From an uncultured bacterium (GTDB lineage Bacteria > Latescibacterota > MVCY01): a DNA stretch of 42,267 nt. The stretch's first letter is position 1; each line of letters begins with the position of its first letter. The notes under the pieces are model-generated. The model did no database searches, had not been told where the DNA came from, and worked only from the letters and a program-made list of their open reading frames with translations. The stretch spans positions 1 through 42,267 of the forward strand of contig CAZQSC010000002.1 of the NCBI GenBank assembly GCA_964595705.1, given 5' to 3'. A program made the translations under genes and the position numbers. Shown here one piece after another: positions 35,224 to 42,267 of the stretch.

Positions 35224-36531
35224 CTATCCAGTGCCCACGGGGAGCTCCTTATAATATGGATTGATATTATCACCAAGCGGATTGTTATTGCCCACCAGGT
35301 GTTGTACGTTGAGCGGTAGCTTGTTGTAGACACCGACTTGGCCGTCTCTGATCCAGAAAGCGTCCTCGATTACTGCATAAAGTATCCCATCGAAAAGGGA
35401 GTTACCTCTGTGGCGGAACCCTTTGAGGGCCACGTCGATCATCAAAGCAATCTTCCTGCCCAGCGGCCCTTCTGTAAATGGAGTTACAGCACCATAGCCT
35501 TCCTGACACTCGGAGGTTCCCGTGTTATGTATGAAGGTATAAGGTGGGAGTTCGTCCGCACCGACCTCATCGCCGCAGAGCGTCTTCATACGGATCTTCT
35601 TCAGATAGGCCCGCCCGGCCTGATCAATGGTGTTGGCTGGCAGCCCCTCTCTGGCGGCTCTGATGGTTGCATCCATAATTGCCTTATAGAGACCTTCAAC
35701 GGTATCCATAAACGTCTTCTGATCCCTGTTATATGGTTGTTCACCAGCCTTCACCGTTCGTCTGATAATGCCATGGTAACCGTTGAAGGTGGGACTTAAA
35801 CCCAAGGCTATCATCTCCCCGTCCTGGATCACCTTCGAGGAAGCACCCCCGATGACGGAATAGTTCCTATCACCCGAGGTGACGATGGTGGTGAAGCCCG
35901 TCCTTGATGCCCCGAGGTACTTCATGATCCTGTCGCCAACCGAGGCCACCTGAAGTTCGGTGACCCCGGGCCTGAGCACAGCCAGCATATCCCTCATCGC
36001 GGCATCTGCGATGATGTTGGCATGCTTCATGATGAGCAGCTCACGGTCGGATTTCTCGTACTTCAATACCTGAAGCAGCTTGGGGGCGATCTTGACATTG
36101 TCAGGTCCGAATCTATCCACCAGCATCTGAATCTGGCCCTGCGGGGTCACATCCGCTGGACTCAGCACAGCGATCTTTCTGATCTCCCTTCCCCCGGACA
36201 CCTCACCGAGGATTGTATCCAGGTCCTTCCATTCGACCCCCAGGTACTCTTCATCGGAGATCTGGAAGGGCCTGAACAGGGCCACTTTAGCCCCTGACCC
36301 CTCCGTTAACTCCTCTATCACATGTCCTCCCTCCGACCCGGCGATCACAATCGGAGTGCCCTGCTGCCCGATGAATGCCCCATATCTTTCGATCTGGGGA
36401 TAATACGTTCCCACCAGCCAGCCGCCGTCCGACCCGTCGAGCTCGCTTCCAGTTATGTAAGCAAGATCGAACCCTTCTTTTTTCAACTCCGCCTGAACGG
36501 CTGCCCATCTTGTGGCAAACTCCTCACGCAT
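35224..36531 (-). CDS. M24 (pita-bread fold) Xaa-Pro peptidase/creatinase-family protein
   Basis: 435 aa. It has a creatinase/prolidase-like N-domain followed by the M24 fold (LRPGVTELQV...TIVTSGDRN...DGEMIALGLSPTFNGYHGIIRRT). The positions that normally hold metal ligands look substituted. Confidence 0.7.
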   Translation of the reverse strand: MREEFATRWAAVQAELKKEGFDLAYITGSELDGSDGGWLVGTYYPQIERYGAFIGQQGTPIVIAGSEGGHVIEELTEGSGAKVALFRPFQISDEEYLGVEWKDLDTILGEVSGGREIRKIAVLSPADVTPQGQIQMLVDRFGPDNVKIAPKLLQVLKYEKSDRELLIMKHANIIADAAMRDMLAVLRPGVTELQVASVGDRIMKYLGASRTGFTTIVTSGDRNYSVIGGASSKVIQDGEMIALGLSPTFNGYHGIIRRTVKAGEQPYNRDQKTFMDTVEGLYKAIMDATIRAAREGLPANTIDQAGRAYLKKIRMKTLCGDEVGADELPPYTFIHNTGTSECQEGYGAVTPFTEGPLGRKIALMIDVALKGFRHRGNSLFDGILYAVIEDAFWIRDGQVGVYNKLPLNVQHLVGNNNPLGDNINPYYKELPVGTG

Positions 36532-36830
36532 AATCTTGATGGAGTTATCTACCTGCGGCAGGGCCTCCGCAATGATCGGCCTGATAAGACTGTCCTCTTG
36601 CTCCAGCCTGGTTAATAAGCTCTAATCCAGCGCCATCTTTCACCTTTCTTCCTCTTTAAAGAAGCCTAAACCTAATGGAACGGTCTGCCTCAAGATACTG
36701 GAATATATCATCTTCAAGCGTATCACCCCGATTTAGATGTGGTCAGATATGATGTTTCATACGACCAGGACCTTTTGATTTTCAAGCTGGGTGCCGAGAC
36801 CGGCGGGAGGAGAAACCCGGCACTCGCCGG

Positions 36831-37094
36831 TCAAAACTGCCGATAGTAGGTCATTGCCTTGAACTCATCCCGGAAACCAAGGGCTTTCAAGTAGGCAGCG
36901 ATCTCTGAGCTGCGCACCGGCTGCCGATCCCAGTACTCGACCTTCACCGCTCGAATCCTCCTCAACCCACCCCCTCCCTCAAGCAGTTGTGGCAACAAGC
37001 CCAAGGCTTCTCTGGTTTCATCCTCCGAAAGACCCCGCAGCGGGGTCAATCGACTCCCCCTCCCCTCAACAGCCAGTATCAGGTATACCTCCCC
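36831..37094 (-). pseudogene. Out-of-frame C-terminal ~87 codons of Lhr
   Basis: The frame is open from 37094 and reads GEVYLILAVEGRGSRLTPLRGLSEDETREALG...YLKALGFRDEFKAMTYYRQF*. It continues the lhr reading sense after ...NYLVLRGG, but shifted by one nucleotide at the CCCC run 37091-37094. Confidence 0.6.
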
Positions 37095-40000
37095 TTAGGA
37101 CTAGATAGTTGCCCGGATGGCGCAGAAACCTCCATTGCGGGTCGGCAGGGTGCAGCAGCGGCAGGGGTGATGCCGCACCGTAGAGATTGGCAGGATCACA
37201 GGCGTTAATGAGGATCATCGGATAGGATGGCTGTCTTTGTCTCTTTCTGCTGTAGCTGGCCAGCTGATCGGCCGCCTGCGGCAAGGCAAACTGCCCTCCG
37301 GAGAAGCCTTTGACGAACAGGCCTCTCCGGACCTCTCCGCGCCATTCCAGGCGTACCAGCGTCTGGTACAACAGTCGCCAGGGTAGATCCGTTCCCTCAA
37401 GTGTATATAACTCTCGACAGAGCATTCCGTAACGACACAGCAGTTGACGCGCCAGGGCCTCCAGACCCTCCTCGTCCACGTCGGCTTCGGGCTGGATCGG
37501 CTGGGGCAACAGGGACCATCTACCCGCACCATCAATTGCCCTGTAACCTCTTAGATGAGCCATCTGTCTGCGGAGACCTCTGCTGGGACTGCCTCTGGGG
37601 GGCCTCCTCCAGGGGTAATCCCCTCCGGCCTTTGGGGCCGGTCTCCCTGACCGAACGACCACAAAACTGTCGTTCGTCACCTGGCCGCTCCAGATCATAT
37701 CCCACAGCGCTGCAGCACATTCCGACGGGGAGAGACCCGTTTCCACAACCAGATCGGTGAGAAAAGACGCCCCCTTTTTGCTCAGAGCATCCTTCAGGGA
37801 CCTGATCGCCTCACAATCGGATTGCTGATCTGCTGCCTTGTCTGTGCCCAGCCTGAAATGGTTCAGCTGGTCCCGAAAGGCGAAGCTGATATTGCCCCAT
37901 TCCCCTGATCCGGACGGAGAGCCGTACCAGACCAGATTTCCCCTGCCACACAGCTCATCAAGCCATGTCGGGCGATATCCCTCCACCCTTCGTGCCAGGA
38001 CCTCGCTGTCGATGATCTCAGCCGGCAGTGGCAAACCCTGAAGCTGGCCCAATACAGTAAGCAGGCCTTCCCGCTCAGAGACCCTGGTCTCTGGATGGCG
38101 GTGCTGCCAGCGGAGGAGAAAATCGATGTAGTCAGAGAGAGCGCACGGCTCTACCCCTCGCCGCTGCTGGGCCAGGGTGAGACGGCGGATCTGTTTGATC
38201 CTGTCCCTGAAGGCCCAATGCACCAGTCCGTCATCGGTCAGGCCCTGCACCTGCACCAGGGCACCGTCCGTCTCCAATCCACACAGAACGTTCAGTATAA
38301 GTCCCTCATCCAAAGGATAGCGCTTTCTGATATCCTCCACAGTCGTCAGGACATGGCTCCTGAGGAAGCGCTCAATGACCATCCTCTGTGCCCTGCCACG
38401 GTCCCTCTTTGCCTGGAGTAACTGTTTAGGCAGGAGGTCTCCAACAGGGCAGGTCACCTTCTTATCCCCGGTGCCGACGGCTACCACCCGATAGCTCTCC
38501 GGGGAATCGGCTCGGGCAGAAGGATCGGAGAAGGCATCACGGTACAATGGATATTCCTCAGCGGCAATCCAGCGCCATGGTTCCTCCACAGCGGGAATGA
38601 AGATCTGAAGGACGCAGCCTTCAGTGCTCAATCGGTTTAATGTCTCCGGGGCATCCCCGACCAACCGCTCTTCTATCTCTTCTCGGGTCAGATCTCCTAT
38701 CCGGCGCAGCAGCTCCACTAATTCAGCATCTGTACGGGCTTTGTATCCCTCCACCTCCCCCTGTAACCACCCCTCCATCTGCTTTACAGCGCCATCGTCT
38801 AAAAGTCCGGCCACCGCCTCCGGCTGCAACAGCTCCTGGAGTAGATCTTGATCTACCACTGGGGCAACTCGTGCTCCTGCCTTTGGTTGGTCCCACTCGT
38901 ACAGATAAGTGGCGGTGAAATCGAACAGCAGCGATGAGGCAAAGGGTGAAGGTATACGTCCCTCCCGGACTGCGATCTGGACCTCTCCGGCCTGGATGCG
39001 GCCCAGGAGCTCCTTCAACCCTTCGACATCGAGGAAATCCTCTATGCACTCCCGGTAGGTCTCAACCACGATGGGGAAGGATTCGCACTGCCGGGCGATT
39101 TCAAGGAGGTCACGGGCCCTCAGGCGCTGCAGCCACAAGGGCGTGCGTCTGCCTGGCTTGTGTCTGGGCAGCAGCAGGGCCCTGGCTGCATTCTGGCGAA
39201 ACCTCAGACCAAACAAGGGAGAGCTGGCCAGCTCTTCTGTCACCAGCTCCTCAAGATTGTCGGACCTGACGCTTCGGATGACCTCCACAGCGGGGCCTAC
39301 ATCCCCTGTGGTGAGGTGGAAAAGGATGCCTGCATCGGAATGCATCGATTCGGGCTGGATCTGCCACTGGCGGCGGAACTGAGCCAGGATAGCCAACTTC
39401 CAGGCCAGGTGCAGACGCCCACCAAACGGGGAGAGAAGGGCCAGGCGCAGATCACCGATCTGGTCCCGGAAGCCCTCAATCAGGATGGTTCGATCATCTG
39501 GGATGCTCTTGCCCCTCTCCCACTGGTCCTGGAGATACTGGCGAAGGTTGAAGGCAGCATTTGCGTCAACACCATACTGGCGTCTGAGCCAGTCCTCGCA
39601 GCCAGAATCGTCCAGCCGGCCTCGGAGCCGGCGACAGAAGGCACCAAGCCGCTTGCCGAGCTCATAATCACGGGAGAAGCCCTCCCCCTTCCAGAAGGGC
39701 ATTCGGGCCGGACCTGCGGGAGCAGGGACCACGGTCACCCGATCGGCGCCGATGTCAGTCACCCTCCAGGTGTTGGTGCCGAGGATGAAGAGGTCACCGA
39801 CACGGGTTTCATACACGAACTCCTCGTCCAGCTCACCCACTCTGGTTGACCCATCTTCCAGGTAAACCCCGAACTGCCCGGTGTCGGGGATGGCACCGCC
39901 GTTAACAACTGCCAGATGTTGACTTCCAGGCAGGGGATAAAGCTGGTTGTTCACCCGGTCCCAGGAGATACGAGCCTTTAGGTCACGAAATGCCTCGGAC

Positions 40001-41433
40001 CAATAACGGCCAGAGAGCATCTCCAGCACACTGGTAAAGGCCGGGCGAGGCAGATTGCGATAGGGATATGCCTGACGCACCTGATCGTAGAGCTGGTCGA
40101 CATCCCACGGTTCCATCGCCACCATGGCGACGATCTGCTGGGCCAGCACATCGAGACAGTTGCGGGGGATCTTCAGGGAGGAAACCATACCCTGGCACAT
40201 CGCGTCGGATATCACGACGGTCTCCAGGAGATCGAAGCGCGTTTTAGGTAACAGGCGCCCTTTACTGGCAGCCTTATAAAGGTGTCCTGCCCGGCCCACC
40301 CGCTGAAGCCCCGTGGCCACTGACTTGGGTGATTCCACCTGGCAGACAAGATCGACCGCCCCCATGTCTATCCCCAGTTCCAGGGAGGCTGTTGCCACCA
40401 GGGCCGGCAGTCTACCCTCCTTCAGTTCCATCTCTATCTCTCTGCGCATCTGTTTGGAGACACTGCCGTGGTGGGCCCGTGCCAGCTCATAGCCGGCCAG
40501 ATTGTTGATCTCTGAGGTTATGCGCTCCACAGACCGGCGATTGTTGGCGAAGATCAAGGTGGAACGGTGGTTTCTGATCAGTTCTAACAGTCTGCGATAG
40601 ATGGAGGGCCAGACGGAGTCTTCCGGCATATCCCGGAAGTCTTGGACCGGACACAGCACTTTCAGATCCAGTTCCTTGCGCATACCGGCATCGACTATCG
40701 CCACCCGACGGGGGACGAATTGGGCCCCTGCGTCCCTGCTGATCCGTTCATAGCCGCCCAGGAATCGCCCTATCTCATCGAGGGGCTTCTGGGTTGCGGA
40801 AAGACCAATGCGGACAAAAGGCCGTCCGGCGAGCCTCTCCAGGCGTTCCAACAGGAGGGTGAGAAACGTCCCCCGCTTGTTGTCTGACAGGGCGTGGATC
40901 TCGTCAACTATGACGTGCTGTACTGGTCGGAGTATCTGCCTGGCCTTGTGGGAGGTGAGGATGAGGTGGAGGGATTCCGGGGTGGTGATGAGGATATGGG
41001 GTGGCCTGCGGATCATTTGCCGGCGCTCGTGCTGGGTCGTGTCTCCGGTACGCACGGCAACCCGGATTTCGGGCAAGGTGAGGCTAAGTTGAGCAGCCGT
41101 CTCCCTGATACCGGAGAGAGGGGCCTGGAGGTTGCGCTCGATGTCGTAGTTTAGGGCCTTGAGGGGTGAAATATAAAGAACTTGGACGCCTTCACTTATC
41201 CTGTCAGCGAGCAGTTCTTCCAGAAGGTGGTTGATGCAGGCGAGGAAAGCAGCCAGGGTCTTTCCGGATCCCGTGGGTGCCAGGATCAGTGTGTTTTCTC
41301 CGGCGGCTATATGCGGCCAACCCATAAGTTGGGGTGGGGTTGGGGCCTTAAAAGTCCGGGCAAACCAACCCTGAACGGCCGGGTGAAATAGGCCCAGAGG
41401 GTCGTTGCCTTCTTCCAGCTTTCCTTTTGCCAT
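37066..41433 (-). CDS. lhr: Lhr-family large ATP-dependent DEAD/DEAH-box helicase
   Basis: 1455 aa. Motif I is ILAPTGSGKTLAAF and motif II is VIVDEIHAL. The long Lhr-type C-terminal extension is present. The length plus the downstream fragment is about that of the ~1540-aa long-form Lhr. Confidence 0.9.
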   Translation of the reverse strand: MAKGKLEEGNDPLGLFHPAVQGWFARTFKAPTPPQLMGWPHIAAGENTLILAPTGSGKTLAAFLACINHLLEELLADRISEGVQVLYISPLKALNYDIERNLQAPLSGIRETAAQLSLTLPEIRVAVRTGDTTQHERRQMIRRPPHILITTPESLHLILTSHKARQILRPVQHVIVDEIHALSDNKRGTFLTLLLERLERLAGRPFVRIGLSATQKPLDEIGRFLGGYERISRDAGAQFVPRRVAIVDAGMRKELDLKVLCPVQDFRDMPEDSVWPSIYRRLLELIRNHRSTLIFANNRRSVERITSEINNLAGYELARAHHGSVSKQMRREIEMELKEGRLPALVATASLELGIDMGAVDLVCQVESPKSVATGLQRVGRAGHLYKAASKGRLLPKTRFDLLETVVISDAMCQGMVSSLKIPRNCLDVLAQQIVAMVAMEPWDVDQLYDQVRQAYPYRNLPRPAFTSVLEMLSGRYWSEAFRDLKARISWDRVNNQLYPLPGSQHLAVVNGGAIPDTGQFGVYLEDGSTRVGELDEEFVYETRVGDLFILGTNTWRVTDIGADRVTVVPAPAGPARMPFWKGEGFSRDYELGKRLGAFCRRLRGRLDDSGCEDWLRRQYGVDANAAFNLRQYLQDQWERGKSIPDDRTILIEGFRDQIGDLRLALLSPFGGRLHLAWKLAILAQFRRQWQIQPESMHSDAGILFHLTTGDVGPAVEVIRSVRSDNLEELVTEELASSPLFGLRFRQNAARALLLPRHKPGRRTPLWLQRLRARDLLEIARQCESFPIVVETYRECIEDFLDVEGLKELLGRIQAGEVQIAVREGRIPSPFASSLLFDFTATYLYEWDQPKAGARVAPVVDQDLLQELLQPEAVAGLLDDGAVKQMEGWLQGEVEGYKARTDAELVELLRRIGDLTREEIEERLVGDAPETLNRLSTEGCVLQIFIPAVEEPWRWIAAEEYPLYRDAFSDPSARADSPESYRVVAVGTGDKKVTCPVGDLLPKQLLQAKRDRGRAQRMVIERFLRSHVLTTVEDIRKRYPLDEGLILNVLCGLETDGALVQVQGLTDDGLVHWAFRDRIKQIRRLTLAQQRRGVEPCALSDYIDFLLRWQHRHPETRVSEREGLLTVLGQLQGLPLPAEIIDSEVLARRVEGYRPTWLDELCGRGNLVWYGSPSGSGEWGNISFAFRDQLNHFRLGTDKAADQQSDCEAIRSLKDALSKKGASFLTDLVVETGLSPSECAAALWDMIWSGQVTNDSFVVVRSGRPAPKAGGDYPWRRPPRGSPSRGLRRQMAHLRGYRAIDGAGRWSLLPQPIQPEADVDEEGLEALARQLLCRYGMLCRELYTLEGTDLPWRLLYQTLVRLEWRGEVRRGLFVKGFSGGQFALPQAADQLASYSRKRQRQPSYPMILINACDPANLYGAASPLPLLHPADPQWRFLRHPGNYLVLRGGIPDTGC

Positions 41434-41435
41434 TT

Positions 41436-42179
41436 TTATTGCAGAAGTCTCCTCAGGGTGCGGGCGTTCTGCACCGCAAAGCCATGGGCGTCGTTGTTGA
41501 AATAGGCATAGATGGTCCTGCCCTCATCGAGCCATCTGCGGGCCTTGGATGCCCATTCCTCAAGCTCTCCCTCAGAATAGTTTGAACCATATAGCACTGT
41601 CCCGCCGTGAAACCGGAGGTAGACGTGGTCAGCGGTCACGACCTCCTCATAGGGCCAGCGCTGGGAGTGGGCGATGCACAATGAGAAGTTATGTTCTCGC
41701 AGCAGGTCGTAGATTTCCCGGCAGAACCAGCTTTTGTGGCGGAACTCAAAGGCCTGGCGAATGTCTCTGGAGATTTCGTTGCCGCAGAGCAGCTGGCAAA
41801 AATCTCCCAATCTCTCCCGGTCAAGGTGAAGTCCGGGAGGAAGTTGCCATAAGATCACCCCTAACTTTTCTTTCAGGCCGCTGGCATTCTCTAAGAACAG
41901 CTTCAGAGGCTCCTGGCAATCCTTAAGTTTCTTCACATGGGTTATGAACCTGCTTCCCTTGATTGCAAAGACGAAATCCTCGGGTGTTCTCCTGTGCCAG
42001 CCCTCGAAGGTGGCTTTCTTGGGGAGCCTGTAGAAGGAGACGTTGAGCTCAACGGTGTTAAAGGACTGGGCATAGAACTCCAGCCACTTCCGTTGTGGGA
42101 GGTGGGGGGGATAGAACACCCCGTCCCACCAGTGGAGATAACTGTAGCCGCTGGTACCAATAAAAACCTTGGAAGCCAT
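41436..42179 (-). CDS. DUF72 (YecE-like) family protein
   Basis: 247 aa from the ATG at 42179, with AGGAGA 7 nt upstream. It contains FIGTSGYSYLHW...FYAQSFNTVELNVSFYRLP...YAYFNND. The stop lies 2 nt before the lhr start. Confidence 0.85.
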   Translation of the reverse strand: MASKVFIGTSGYSYLHWWDGVFYPPHLPQRKWLEFYAQSFNTVELNVSFYRLPKKATFEGWHRRTPEDFVFAIKGSRFITHVKKLKDCQEPLKLFLENASGLKEKLGVILWQLPPGLHLDRERLGDFCQLLCGNEISRDIRQAFEFRHKSWFCREIYDLLREHNFSLCIAHSQRWPYEEVVTADHVYLRFHGGTVLYGSNYSEGELEEWASKARRWLDEGRTIYAYFNNDAHGFAVQNARTLRRLLQ

Positions 42180-42267
42180 TGGGTCTTCTCCTGTCTCCAT
42201 TTCAGGAGCCTCTACCGGCGCTGCTGTTTACTCTCGGCATTGATTCCTTACACTATGTAAAGTAACA

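Noticed and set aside
34926-35333. 135-aa minus-strand ORF spanning MITE copy 2
   Set aside because: It reads through the repeat element and overlaps the 3' ends of two well-supported convergent genes.
37215-41391. Numerous 60-230-aa ORFs on both strands inside lhr (for example 39160-39849 and 38723-39049)
   Set aside because: These are Arg/Pro/Gly-rich artefacts of a GC-rich gene. The 1455-aa helicase frame accounts for the whole region.
1-42267. CRISPR arrays, rRNA genes, reverse transcriptase/DGR or transposase genes
   Set aside because: I found no regularly spaced direct repeats with unique spacers, no rRNA-like segments, and no RT or transposase motifs in any ORF.

Overview
The window is 42.3 kb from what looks like an uncultivated bacterium. 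The FlgD-Ig/T9SS-like C-terminal domains and the folP-cdaA adjacency hint at an FCB-group-like lineage, but that is inference only. Genes form three strand blocks. Positions 1-27.4 kb are almost all minus strand, 27.5-35.0 kb plus strand, and 35.2-42.2 kb minus strand. The housekeeping calls are confident: a PpiC-type PPIase, a TPR lipoprotein, parB/parA, a Gfo/Idh/MocA oxidoreductase, a TIM-barrel sugar isomerase, argH/argG, a tRNA with anticodon CAT, tilS-ftsH-folE-folP-cdaA, a homocysteine S-methyltransferase-family protein, an M24-fold protein, and DUF72 coupled to a long Lhr helicase. Five non-routine things stand out. (1) At 1-8624 there is a cluster of three paralogous secreted discoidin-like proteins that share an ~85-aa C-terminal sorting-type domain, followed by a signal-peptide protein. 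I recognise no enzyme in it, and it is my best candidate for an undescribed surface system. (2) A 6.2-kb integrated element (21245-27498) lies between the tRNA-CAT and tilS. It is bounded by an exact 49-bp repeat of the tRNA 3' half. It carries a tyrosine integrase, an HTH gene with twin palindromic operators, a 282-aa unknown protein, surface-protein cargo including a truncated paralog remnant, and a RelE/ParE toxin-antitoxin pair. (3) A short C-terminal motif, [ST]WG.[IV]K..F, is shared by unrelated secreted proteins. (4) Two MITE-like elements with inverted termini and 6-bp flanking duplications bracket the methyltransferase gene. (5) The last ~87 codons of lhr sit in another reading frame at a homopolymer run. 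I saw no CRISPR array, rRNA gene or recognisable riboswitch. All homology calls rest on motif recognition by eye, because no searches were run.
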